Under the pieces are notes generated by a model. The model was given only the letters and a program-made list of their open reading frames with translations, ran no database searches and was not told where the DNA came from. From NCBI GenBank assembly GCA_964016885.1, contig OZ024740.1, positions 383,780,001 to 383,844,000 on the forward strand: a stretch of 64,000 nucleotides of DNA, read 5' to 3'. The number at the start of each line of letters is the position of its first letter. The stretch's first letter is position 1. This stretch comes from Eledone cirrhosa. Its lineage: Eukaryota. Below, piece after piece: positions 1 through 12,300 of the stretch. Made by a program: the position numbers and the translations under genes.

Positions 1-1244
1 TAATTTGTATTTGTTCGTTGATACCTACATTTTTATTCATTTGTATATACTTTTATTTACTTTAATTGACTTGTTTCTTCATTTTCAATTTTCTCTATCA
101 TTTTGTTGTTATATTATTTCATCAGGGAACTCTAAATATTTAAATTCAGTAGCAATTGCGTATCAGCGCTTCAAACCGTGAATAGCAAATGTGATGATAG
201 CAAAGAATTTGAAGCATTCATACAAATGCACGTCCATACAGCAACACATGGGAATCTACCTAAAACAATACACGCATATACGCTCAGCACAAAAACTAAC
301 AAACATATAGAATAATGAAAGAAAGGAATAAATAGAGAACAAATTTAACTCGATAAAAGTACTCAACTTGAAGAAATGTAATCAAACGTTCTAAATATTT
401 ACTTTCTTTTGTATTTATTCCACCTCAAAACCATGTTTTCCCTTTATATGTTTGTCTTTTCTTTTTGCTTCATTTTCTACATATTTTTCATTCCCTCGAT
501 TATTTCTCTCTCTTTCTTTTATTACCTTATCGTTTGTGTTTTAATATATTTAGTTTATACAAACAAACACACACATATTCACACACAAACGCACACACAA
601 ACAGACATGCACACAAACACACACACACATACACACACACACACACACACAGATACACACTCATACTCACATATAAACTAACGCATATATGTACATACAT
701 CATTTTTGTATTTGTTTTCCAAGATTTTTTATGTGAAAATGCGAGTTGAAACAAATATATCTATACTTTGGAAGGGTCATGCTGCTAATAAAAACACACT
801 CTCCAGTTGACTTTAACTTCAATTTATTATTATAATATCCATGATGGTTGTTTGGCTGGTAATTGTTAAAATTCTTTCATCACGCATTCTGTGTCTTCTT
901 TTAGTTCTGTTTCACACCATCTTGTCTTAGTGACTCGTGTAACTGAACTGCAAGTGTGTTATATCCGTGTCTATGTGCGTCTTTATATATTCATTTATTT
1001 ATTCAATCATTCATTTATATGTTTCTCTCTCTTCTATCTTTCCGACATGTCACTGGTTAGTTAATTGTTTTCCTGATTTTTCCATTGTATATATGTGTGT
1101 GTGGCAAAGTGTTGTGTATATAACTTATTGATTTTAATTTTGTTCTGGTGCGTCTTTATATTGTCCTTAGTTACTATGCTCGAGTATGGTATTATTCCTC
1201 GTAGGCTTTCTAAGAGATGACATCACAATTTAGTGACTAAGGAC

Positions 1245-1338
<94 letters not shown>

Positions 1339-1339
<1 letters not shown>

Positions 1340-1528
1340 CAAAATAGTCAGGAGCCCAACGGCTGAACTCCATCCGTTTCGTTAGCTAGAGCCGACCTGT
1401 TCGGATTTAGTTTAGCTGTTGAAACGGCCGGGGTATTGACTCTATTCCTATTATACACTCTACTACCGTAAGTAAAGAGTACTCTGGTGCGTTATGGTCC
1501 ACTTGGTTTCTTACCATATTTTCTTTGT

Positions 1529-1529
<1 letters not shown>
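1339..1529 (+). mobile_element. Short fold-back element, family E (PLE terminal-repeat-like), in (TA)n
   Basis: Homologous to copies at 4974, 8796, 18005, 30584, 39616 and 62881. A short inverted arm is followed by a longer arm ending ...TTTGTT before (TA)n. Confidence 0.75.
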
Positions 1530-1559
<30 letters not shown>

Positions 1560-1626
1560 TTATCTTTCTATCTCTCTGTCTGTCTTTGTCAATCTGCGTG
1601 TGTGTGTATATGTATATGTTTATATA

Positions 1627-2255
1627 TACAAGGGGCGACTGAATCTTTTTGAGCCTCACACAGAAAAGAAATTGTATGCAAATGAGATGTCTGTAGGAGC
1701 CAGCTTACATGGTCTAAATATTCTTATATTTCTTTTCCCTGATCCTTAAATTTCACGTCCTCAGTCGTTTCATAAATGGAGGAATTCCAGTATCAAGCAG
1801 TGAACAAGTATCTGTAATTGAAAGGCATGACAGCAGCTGAGATCCGTAAGAATATGCAACATACATAAGAGGACTATGCATCGCCATATGCCACTATCAA
1901 CTGCTGGGTAATGAATTCAAGTTTGGCAAGCAAGATGTCCAGAAACATGGTAGGCCATCAACATTGACCATACCAGAGAATATTGATCTTGTCCATGGGA
2001 TGGTAATGGAAGATCGACGACTATCATCTCGGCTGATAGCAAACAAGTTGGGCATGTACCAGGAGGAAACCAATAATATTCTGACAAACGAGCTTCGTTT
2101 GAGAAAGATGTGAGCACGCTTGGTTCCACTGCGTTTCAACATTTTTCCAAAAATTGGGAACAAGTTGAAGCAGATATTTACACTGTCGATTGTCAAGACG
2201 TGTGTCCATCACTACCAAACCGAAACAAAATAGCAGTCTAAACCGTGAAAACACT
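1627..2255 (+). mobile_element. Degenerate mariner/Tc1 transposon, 5' part
   Basis: TA+CAAGGGGCGACTGAA TIR-like start. Broken frames give GMTAAEIRKNM, GRPSTLTIPENIDLVHGMVMEDRRLSSRLIA and ARLVPL (WVPxxL-like); internal stops. Confidence 0.8.
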
Positions 2256-2432
2256 CATATATATATATATATTAGGATTGGTGCTCTGAAATAGCGATGT
2301 ATACATGAATGTATGTATAGTATATTTGGCAATATACTGTATGTTTAATTAAAAACATTTTGAAGACCTTGCGCTATTATTTTAAAGTAGTGACTATGTC
2401 ACTTACTTCTTTTTTCAACAAAGGAAGGAAGA

Positions 2433-2478
2433 TAAGCTGACAGATCTGTTTCACACTGTTGGTGTTCATCAGAGCTTA
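2433..2478 (-). ncRNA. Type I hammerhead ribozyme, intact core (family R)
   Basis: Minus strand: TAAGCT CTGATGA ACAC caaca GTGT GAAA CAG at CTG TC AGCTTA. Stem I 6 bp, stem II 4 bp, palindromic stem III, GUC site. Confidence 0.92.
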
Positions 2479-2701
2479 GCACTCGCCGAACTTTGCTGAA
2501 CATTTTAAAGACTGGATTCATATAGAATTCCAGTAATAATCAGGAACTGATTATACAGAGCGATTGCCGGTCCAGCAAAAATTGAAAATTAGGATTGGTG
2601 CTCTGAAATAGCGATGTATACATGAATGTATGTAAAGTATATTTGGCAATATACTGTATGTTTAATTAAAAAAATAATTCTTAGCAAAGGTCGGCGAGTG
2701 C

Positions 2702-2747
2702 TAGGCTCTGATTAACACCAACAGTGTGAAACAGATCTGTCAGCTTA
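2702..2747 (+). ncRNA. Hammerhead ribozyme copy, G8>T decayed (family R)
   Basis: TAGGCT CTGATTA ACAC caaca GTGT GAAA CAGATCTG TC AGCTTA. Confidence 0.75.
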
Positions 2748-3019
2748 TCTCCCTCCCTTCCTTTGTTGAAAAAAGAAATGTGACATAGTAAGTACTTTAA
2801 AATAATAGCGCATGGTCTTCAAAATGTTTTTAATTAAACATACAGTATATTACCAAATATACTATACATACATTCATGTATACATCGCTATTTCAGAGCA
2901 CCAATCCTAATTTTCAATCTCTGCTGGACTGGCATCACTCTGTATAATCAGTTCCTGATTATTACTGGAATTCTATAAGAATCCAGCCTCTATAATTTTC
3001 AGCAAAGTTCGGCGAGTGC

Positions 3020-3065
3020 TAAGCTCTGATGAACACCAACAGTGTGAAACAGATCTCTCAGCTTA
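3020..3065 (+). ncRNA. Hammerhead ribozyme copy (family R)
   Basis: TAAGCT CTGATGA ACAC caaca GTGT GAAA CAGATCTC TC AGCTTA; one stem III substitution. Confidence 0.85.
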
Positions 3066-3296
3066 TCTCCCTTTGTTTGTCGAAAAAAGAAGTACGTGAC
3101 ATAGTCACTACATTAAAATAATAGCGCAAGGTCTTCAAAATGTTTATAATTAAGCATACAGTATATTGCCAAATATACTATACGTATATTCATGTATACA
3201 TCGCTATTTCAGAGCACCAATCCTAATATATATATATGTATAAATTAATAAAAACAATGAATAAAAACAAAGAAATAGTTACTTATATTAAAAAAT

Positions 3297-3434
3297 TTAT
3301 CATTTTACGATCGTTTCTAGGATATATATATGTGTGTTGGTATGTATATCATATAGATCTATGTAAAAATGTTACAAACTATCAGGGGAAATATACATAC
3401 CTACACATATATATGCTGTCTTCAGAAATAATGA
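3297..3434 (-). ncRNA. Hammerhead ribozyme with long stem II (PLE 3' UTR, inverted copy)
   Basis: Reverse complement of the 4581-4718 motif: TCATTATTT CTGAAGA ... GAAA CGATCG TA AAATGATAA. Confidence 0.75.
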
Positions 3435-4580
3435 TATTTGTTTATTGAAAAAAACCAACAAAGATTTAATATAATAGGTCTGTTTGGGAACAGGTTTTGA
3501 ATTGACCAATAGAAAAGTAGTAAGTGGACAAGTTGATAGAATAGTAGTGGTAGAAATTTAAGTTAGGGGTAGAGGAATGCAGACATAAGTTTTGAATCGA
3601 AAGAATACTTTGAATGAAAAGATTACTTGGCTGAAAGAATTAATAATAATAGAAAAAAGAATATCGATTATAACCTGACCTGGAGTGTGCTCAAAAGGGC
3701 CACCCCTTATCAAAATAACGGATATGAGTGTAGATTATGTTCCCAGGAACCTTTTGAAATAATGAAATCTAAGGATATCCTATTAAATAAGTGACAAGCA
3801 TTAATTATATCGTGCAATCATAGAATTAGAAGAACTTTCAAATATTATAAACCTAATTAATATACACCTTACACTTATATTTTACAAACTATTATAATTA
3901 GTTTTTTAATTTAGTTAACCTATAATTAGTACTTTACTACTGAGAAATTCATAATTTTATTTCCCTTTTACAGTTCTCTTTTCCTAAAATTAATACCTAT
4001 AATTATACATATAAACTATTTTAATTTCCTGTTATGAATCTAAATTCCTTGTAGTCTATATATGTTTGTTATTTCTCACCAATACATTTATCCCCCCAAA
4101 AGTTTGTTTACTTCGTTTTTAACAACACTCTTTAATAACATCTAACTCTTATTTATCACATTTATATGAATTAATATAAATGTATCCCTATATGTATACC
4201 TATCAATTAAATTAATTTAATTTTTTGTTATAGATCTAAATTCCTTGTGTTTTAAATAAGATTGGTATTTCTCAGTAACAATTTTACCCTAAAACTTTAT
4301 TCTCCTTCGGCTTTAACATTAACATTATTCTTTAATAACATCAAATGTTCTTGTACCCTTCATCGGCTTGACCTCTTTTCATCCCCAAAGTATTCCTTTC
4401 ATTCAAAATATTCTTTCCATTCAAAACTTAAGTTTGCATTCCTCTACCCCTAAATTAAATTTCTACCACTACTATTCTATCAACTTGACCGCTTACTACT
4501 TTTCTATTGGTCAATTCAAAACCTGTTCCCAAACAGACCTATTATATAAATCTTTGTTGGTCTTTTTCAATAAACGAGTA

Positions 4581-4718
4581 TCATTATTTCTGAAGACAGC
4601 ATATATATGTGTAGGTATGTATATTTCCTCTGATAGTTTGTAACATTTTTACATAGATCTATATGATATACATACCAACACACACATATATATCCTAGAA
4701 ACGATCGTACAATGATGA
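4581..4718 (+). ncRNA. Hammerhead ribozyme with ~100-nt stem II (PLE 3' UTR)
   Basis: TCATTATTT CTGAAGA c AG c ATATATATGTGT...ACACATATATAT c CT a GAAA CGATCG TA CAATGATGA. Confidence 0.78.
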
Positions 4719-4900
4719 ATTTTTTAATATAAGGAACTGTTTCTTTGTTTATATTCATTGTTTTCATTAATTTATCTTGCCTCTGTTTTCCTGTGATTTT
4801 CATCAAAAAAAATGTTGAATACATCTCTTTTCATGATATTTGGATTACATTGAGTTCTTCATACGGATTGGACACTACCGTACATTTTAGTAGATTTATC

Positions 4901-4956
<56 letters not shown>

Positions 4957-4973
4957 ATATATATATATATATA

Positions 4974-5137
4974 GGAAAAGAGTTAGGACCCCGACCGGGT
5001 TCAGATCTAGCTGTCCAAACGGCCGGAGCTGAGCCGTCGGCGTCCTGACTCTTTTCCGTTTACTCACTCTTCTAACCTAACTATCGAGTACTCTGATGCG
5101 TTATAGTCCACCTGGTATCTTACCTTACCTTCTTTGT

Positions 5138-5138
<1 letters not shown>
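4974..5138 (+). mobile_element. Family E fold-back element in (TA)n
   Basis: GGAAAAGAGTTAGGACCCCGAC ... GTCGGCGTCCTGACTCTTTTCC plus an ~80-nt tail. Confidence 0.8.
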
Positions 5139-5172
<34 letters not shown>

Positions 5173-5632
5173 ATGTGTGTGTGTGTGTGCGTGTGTGTGC
5201 GTGTGTGTGTGTGTGTGTGAGTGTCTGTGTGTGTGCGTGTTTGTCCGCATAAAGCTATACGAGTAAATACATTTCTTTAACGCTTGACGGAGTAAGAAAA
5301 TAGTCTTTAGTTTCGGACACTAATCCTTTATCGAGCGATAGAACGGCAAATAAATGATGAAATAGAAAAACAGAGAGTGAGAAGTGGAATGAAATTGTTT
5401 TGGGGAAAACACGAATGTATTCATTCATCAGTATACATATATATATATATGTAAATGTATTTTTGTGTGCATATTCTGAGGTGAATGCCTGATTACGCCA
5501 TTATTTTACATATTCTCACACGCATGTTTATCTACGTTCATATTTGTTTCTATCAGTTTTTCATTCTTATTTTTTAGAGTTTCTCCTCTGTTATACTTCT
5601 CTCAATCTTGCAAGCTGTTTATTTAAATTTCC

Positions 5633-5795
5633 TGAGATTTTATTTGTTTCAAGTTTTGGTCTTCTTGCAGGCAATAATATATGTATTGTTGATCATTATA
5701 TTTGTATTTTAATTTTATCCGTAAATATATTTATTTCATTGTTGTATATATTTTATACCTACCTCACTACATATCTCATCTACATACACACTCAC

Positions 5796-5839
<44 letters not shown>

Positions 5840-6030
5840 TATATGTGTGTGCGTGTTGTGTGTGTGTACATAGAAATCCTCACATAAATATTGTATACTA
5901 TATAGCCAAACGGTTTTGTATATGCTTATGTATTTGTATAAGTCTTTGCGATTTCACATCTCTGTGATTGAATTGATTATTCTTGAAAACAACAATGAGT
6001 GCTTCGAACGGTGCGCCGCCTGTAACTGTA
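5633..6030 (+). repeat. Segment X, duplicated in inverted orientation at ~7605-8010
   Basis: Direct reverse-complement match, e.g. CTACCTCACTACATATCTCATCTAC / GTAGATGAGATATGTAGTGAGGTAG. Confidence 0.9.
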
Positions 6031-6044
6031 GATCCAGCTATCTA

Positions 6045-6079
<35 letters not shown>

Positions 6080-6208
6080 GAATGTATATATAGTGTATTT
6101 TTCAATACACTGTATGCTTAATTAAAAGCATTTCGAAGACCTTATTCTATTGTTTTAGAGTAGTGACAGTCTCACTTACTTTAAATTTTCAGTAAACAGG
6201 GGAGATAA

Positions 6209-6253
6209 AGCTGACAGAGCTATGTTTCGTACTGATTGGTACTTATCAAAGCC
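6209..6253 (-). ncRNA. Hammerhead ribozyme, U3:A8 core variant
   Basis: Minus strand: GGCT TTGATAA GTAC caatca GTAC GAAA CATAGCTCTG TC AGCT. Confidence 0.8.
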
Positions 6254-6688
6254 AAGTACTCCACCTGTTTGCTGAAAATCGTGAATGTTTGATTCTTATA
6301 GAATTTCTAGTAATAATCAGGAATTGATTATACAGAGCGGTTGCTGGTCAAGCAGAAAATTGAAAATTAGAATGTATATATAGTGTATTTTGCAATACAC
6401 TGTATGCTTAATTAAAAGCATTTCGAAGACCTTATGCTATTGTTTTAGAGTAGTGACAGTCTCACTTACTTTAAATTTTCAAAAACGAAATGCTTTTAAT
6501 TAAGCATACAGTGCACTGCAAAATACACTATATATACATTCATATATATATAGCTATTTCAGAGCACCAATTCTAATTTTCAATTTCTGCTTGACCGGCA
6601 ATCGCTCTGTATAATCAGTTCCTGATTATTACTAGAAATTCTATAAGAATCAAACATTCATGATTTTCAGCAAACAGGTGGAGTACTT

Positions 6689-6733
6689 GGCTTTAATAAG
6701 TACCAATCAGTACGAAACATAGCTCTGTCAGCT
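6689..6733 (+). ncRNA. Hammerhead U3:A8 variant, G5>A decayed
   Basis: GGCT TTAATAA GTAC caatca GTAC GAAA CATAGCTCTG TC AGCT. Confidence 0.65.
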
Positions 6734-6899
6734 TTATATCCCCTGTTTGCTGAAAATTTAAAGTAAGTGAGACTGTCACTACTCTAAAACAATAGCATAA
6801 GGTCTTCGAAATGCTTTTAATTAAGCATACAGTGTATTGCAATATATATATATATATATCGTATATAGATATCTATGTATATATATATATATATATATA

Positions 6900-7092
6900 G
6901 TTTTAATAGAAGAACTTCTACAGGACTAGAACTGTTTCATTCGCGAGAAAACATCAGGAAGCTTGCTGTTGATTTCTCACGAATAAAACAGTTCTAGTCC
7001 TGTAGAAACTCTTCTATTAAAACTGTTATACTCTGCTATGTATTGAGTATCTTACTTATTGTGGCTACCTCCGATTCAACCCGGAATAACTT
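6900..7092 (+). mobile_element. Family Y fold-back mini-element (second copy inverted at ~7300-7487)
   Basis: ~60-bp arms centred near 6962 plus a tail. Arm consensus CTGATGA T TTC tcgc GAA T GAAA C agttcta G TC is HHR-like. Confidence 0.7.
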
Positions 7093-7105
7093 ATATATAT
7101 ATATA

Positions 7106-7300
7106 TTAGAAAGTGAGGTTTTTTTTACAAAATAAAAAATAACCAAGGAGTGAAAATGTAAAGAAAAAAGATGAAGTCGAAAATGCAACTGGAGTCTTAT
7201 TTAAAAAAATATATATATATTTATTTGGTTCCTTTACCGGTTTCGCAGTTCTTCTGCTTTTCAAAAGTAGAGTTACGATGGAGGATCTGTGGTTTTTCTC
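7106..7300 (-). mobile_element. Family Z short HHR-bearing element (also 8011-8112 and 25813-26002)
   Basis: Shared ACTCCAGTTGCATTTTCGA and GAAACCGGTAAAGGAAC blocks; (TA)n flank. Confidence 0.75.
7232..7267 (-). ncRNA. Minimal hammerhead ribozyme, U3:A8 core (family Z)
   Basis: Minus strand: CTT TTGAAAA GCAG aagaa CTGC GAAA CCGG TA AAG; palindromic ACCGGT stem III. Confidence 0.78.
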
Positions 7301-7516
7301 CGGGTTGAATCGGAGGTAACCACAGTAAGTAAGGTACTCAATACACAGCAGAGTATAACAGTTTTAATAGAAGAGCTTCTACAGGACAAGGACTGTTTAA
7401 TTCGTGAGAAATCAACAGGAAGCTTCCTGATGTTTTCTCGCGAATGAAACAGTTCTAGTCCTGTACAAGTTCTTCTATTAAAACTATATATATATATATA
7501 CATAGATATCTATATA

Positions 7517-7576
<60 letters not shown>

Positions 7577-7827
7577 AGATAGATAGATAGATAGATAGAA
7601 TAAGTTATGTGTTAGAGGCGGCGCACCTTCTTGTTTTCGAGAATAAACAATTCAATCACAGAGATGTGACATCGCAAAGACTATACAATACATAAGCATA
7701 TACAAAACCATATTTTTATATACATACGTTTGGCTATATAGTATACAATATTTATGTCTGGATTTATATGTATATATATACACACATAGAACACGCACAC
7801 ACATATAACACACACACATATATATAA

Positions 7828-7865
<38 letters not shown>

Positions 7866-8010
7866 GAGATATGTAGTGAGGTAGGTATAAAATATATACA
7901 ACAATGAAATAAATATATTTACTGATCAAATTAAAATACAAATATAATGATCAACAATACATATATTATTGCCTGCAAGAACACCAAAACTTGAAACAAA
8001 TAAAATCTCA

Positions 8011-8046
8011 CTTTTGAAAAGCAGAAGAACTGCGAAACCAGTAAAG
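8011..8046 (+). ncRNA. Minimal hammerhead ribozyme, U3:A8 core (family Z, inverted copy)
   Basis: CTT TTGAAAA GCAG aagaa CTGC GAAA CCAG TA AAG. Confidence 0.72.
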
Positions 8047-8114
8047 GAACCAAATAATTATATATATATATTTTTTAAATATGACTCCAGTCGCATTTTC
8101 GATTTCATCTTATT

Positions 8115-8795
<681 letters not shown>

Positions 8796-8964
8796 GGAAC
8801 AAGTAAGACCCCGACGGCTGAGCGCAAGCCGTTTCAACGGCTAATTCCGGCTTGAGCTCAGCCGTCGGGGTCTTACTTGTTCCTATTACCCACTCTACTA
8901 CACTAAGTATTGAGTAGTTTGGTGCGTTATGATCCACCTTGTTGCTTACCACATTTCCTTCGTT
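8796..8964 (+). mobile_element. Family E fold-back element in (TA)n
   Basis: GGAACAAGTAAGACCCCGACGGCTGAG...CTCAGCCGTCGGGGTCTTACTTGTTCC plus tail. Confidence 0.85.
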
Positions 8965-8986
8965 ATATATATATATATATATATAT

Positions 8987-9114
8987 TTATTAAAATAACA
9001 GATTAAAGTTTAAGCAAAGAATCGATGCTTTCACCCTTAACGGGATCTTCTGAAACTTATATATTTGATATTTATCCTTATCGAGCCCTCTTTGGATTTT
9101 AGTCTTCAAATTTA

Positions 9115-9126
<12 letters not shown>
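8987..9126. mobile_element. Mini inverted fragment of the 3' end of the PLE family at 53698-56378
   Basis: 8987-9058 matches ~53790-53858; 9058-9126 is the terminal piece in the opposite orientation. Confidence 0.75.
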
Positions 9127-9155
<29 letters not shown>

Positions 9156-9371
9156 TTGAAAATTGCAAACTTGACTGTCACCACACATTATGAACCTGAA
9201 GATTGCGAAAGCATGAAAGTACTTGTTCAATTAACACTTAACATTTAATATTCTACCATACTATTTCATTCTAATACCATTATAAATTTTAAAGCATTGT
9301 AAATAAAACGAGTAAATCAAAGTTGGAAATCCATTTATTAATATAATCTTCTATACACAATCATACACACC

Positions 9372-12300
9372 CGTGTATCGCGTGGCCTGGGCTCATCTTG
9401 GAAGCAAGCAATGCTTCTAAATGACCTCAGGTCACAATCTATAAATGTGATGGTTATCTGCGAGGCCCGGATCAGCAGCATGCGGCAGCTAGCCCCCACC
9501 TTTGACGACTTTGAGATGCACGCATCTCTCTGCAAGCCCGGAGGTGGGGGTGGGGTTGTCGTTCTGCTGCAAAAACATCTGGGCCTTGCAACACAGATAG
9601 TTCACTTGGACCCAGGGGGTCGACTGGTGGTGCTGGACCTTGGCAGTGGTGAAGGTGGAGCCTTTAGGCTGGTAGCCGCATATGCCCCTTTTGGGACAGA
9701 GCGGCCCGACTTTTCCAGTGTCTGGAGTCTTTTCTAGGGACGTCCCGTTCCCTGCTTTTAGTGGGGGACTGGAATGGTATCCTGGATGCACGTTGGGACT
9801 ATGCAGGGGCATGTCCCAATAGAGAGGGGTGCAACAGCCTCAAGGGGTTACTCGGCCGATTTGACCTGGCCGATAGATTTCGACTAGATTTTCCGATGGT
9901 TCCAACCTGGTCTTGGTCAAATCGCAGCGGATCATCTAGGTCGTACCTAGATAGATTTTTAGTTAGAAATAAGGACAGGGACTTTTTAAGTTGTCCAGAA
10001 ATGCTCATGGTTGGCTATTCAGACCACAAGTTGATGACCTGCATGGTCAACCTTGATAGAACGCATAGACAGGGCCCCGGTTACTGGAAGCTCAACTTGT
10101 CCTTGCCGGCAAGTAGAGCTTACAGGGATCGGATTAGTACGTTAGTTAAAGAACGGTTGACTGGAGCGATGGTCAACAGCAGGTGGTGGGTATCTCTAAA
10201 GAGAGAGATTAGAGTAGTCTCGATAGAATTTAGTAAGGTTCTAGCTGCGGATAGGAATAGGAAGGAAAGGGAGCTAATAGATAGAGTAGAAGAGGCAATT
10301 AGAAGCGGCGGCGTGGCCAGAGTGCTAGCGTCGAGAACGGCTTTGAGCCAGTTTTTCGATGCGAAGCACGAAGGCTGCGTTGTCCGAAGTAAAATACGTG
10401 CTCTAGGAAACGAGGGGACCAAAGCTGTTAGCTGGGCCCGCGTGACAGATGCCAACAGTGGAAGAACTAAATCCACCATCCGGTCTTTGCGAGACAGGAT
10501 GGGAGCGGCGATTCTTGACCCTAAGCAGATGTGTGAGGCCTTTCAAAGGCACTTTGCCCGACTGTTCGGGAGGGGCGGGAGCCGGTTGGGAATGTGGACT
10601 TCGGTCCTTACCTCGACGGCCTGCCGCGTCTCTCGGACAGGGAGGCGAAGTCCTGCGAGGAGCCGATTTCGGCCGCTGAGATAGAGGACGTGCTGAGCCA
10701 ATGCGGCAAACGCAAATCCCCGGTCTCGATGGTCTTCCATACGAATTGTATCTAGCTATGCCGGACTTGTTCCCCGATCTCCTCGAGGCGGTCTACATCC
10801 AACTGGCAACAGAACGGGAGAATTCCTGTACTGTGACAAGGGCGTAGTCCACGCAAGTGAGGAAGGACGAGAACAAGGGGGACGAAATAAGTAACTTCAT
10901 GCCCATACACTGCTAAATACAGAGTTACAGATTTTGGCCAAGGTGCTAGCAAAGATGTTGGCGCTTGTCGTAGGGCAACCTGGTGGGAGATGCCCAGACA
11001 TGTACTATCCCGTCCAGGTCCATCCATGACAACCTCCACCTCATGCGATACATCATAGAGAGGGTTGGGAACGAACCCGGCTTTGGTGGGGCTCTGATCA
11101 ACTTGGATCAATCTAAGGCGTTCGATAGGGTCGACCATGGTTACCTGGATGCGGTGCTAGCGGCGGCAGGCTCTAGACCCGTTTCAGGGCTGGATCACTG
11201 CTATGCACAGCAGCCGCATCTGCTCTAGGGTCAAGGTGAACGGCTACCTCTCGGGGCCGGTTCAAAATCGCGCGGTCCATCCGACAAGGGTGCCCTCTCT
11301 CCTCCCTTCTGTATGTGTTGACTCACGAGCCACTACTGCGGAAGTTGGAGTTGTTGCAGGGCATTCCTTTGGTACCGGATTGCGGAAAGTGGTGTCGGCC
11401 TACGCCGATGACGTGACAGTAATGGTGTCGACGGCCTCCGAAATCGGGGCGGTCGGCACCTTACTGGAGGAGTACGAAAGGTTCACAGGGGCTAAGCTGA
11501 ACCGGGACTGTCGATCGCGTTTGCAACTCGGCACGTGGAGGGGCAGACCCGATGCCCTCCGATGGCGTCGTCCGACACTGGACGGAGGGCTCGGTGAAGT
11601 TGCTCGGGGTCTGGTTCGGACCGTACCTCCAGGTGGAGAAGAACTGGCGGAGGTTACGAAAAGGGTGTTTGCACTGACTCAGAAGTGGGCCAGTTGCAAA
11701 CTATCCCTGAAAGGTCGGCGGAGGTGGCGAACACCTATATAGCGTCCGTCATCTACTACCGCCTCACCGTAGTGCCCTGCCCAAGGGAAACCCTCGCCAA
11801 GATGGAGCGCGCGCTCTTCCAATTCCTTTGGAAGAGGCGAGCTCCCTTGGTGAGGAGATCCATCTGCTGTCAACACCCTTCGAAAGGAGGGCTGGGGATG
11901 CCGTGTCTAATGATGCGTAAACACGCATTAAGGCTACGGCACCTCTACGTATTCCTCACCGGTCAACCGGTGTGGGCCTCGTTTGTGAGACGAACCTTTC
12001 CCAGACTCGTCTCACTCACCGCGCTGCAATCCTGGATCAAGCAAAGACTGAGAAAACTGGGCGCCTGGCACACTGAGTGTGCCCAGTTGCTCACCACCCT
12101 CTGGCAGGCGATCCGTTTATCAGTGGAGTCTCACCGCAACATTCTATAGAGGGCTGGTACGCAGCAGGTGCGACGACGCCCTCGGAGAAGCCCTAGACAT
12201 GGAGAAGGACGAACTGGCCAGCCTGTTCGGTAGGACATTCAGCCCGGGACCTATGGACAACTTCCAGAAGTCCCTGGCCTGGCAGTGCTACCGAGGGGCT

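Larger units (their letters stand above)
2272..3227. mobile_element. Retrozyme-like family R: tandem ~318-bp HHR unit, two arrays in inverted orientation
   Basis: Minus unit 2272-2589 restarts at 2590; plus array ~2683-3227 has HHRs 318 nt apart; flanked by (TA)n. Confidence 0.85.
3240..4902 (+). mobile_element. 5'-truncated PLE 3' end (plus, ~3640-4902) preceded by an inverted terminal repeat (minus, ~3240-3640)
   Basis: 3645-3850 encodes NNRKKNIDYNLTWSVLKRATPYQNNGYECRLCS, matching the PLE at 26030-28790. 3240-3640 is the reverse complement of ~4380-4770. Confidence 0.85.
6080..6843. mobile_element. Retrozyme-like family R, U3:A8 subfamily; tandem plus inverted units
   Basis: Homologous to 2272-3227. 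Minus unit 6080-6373 restarts at ~6371; plus unit ~6488-6843; inside (TA)n. Confidence 0.85.

Noticed and set aside
110-135. Minus-strand CTGATGA (plus TCATCAG at 119-125)
   Set aside because: No stem II or GAAA partner.
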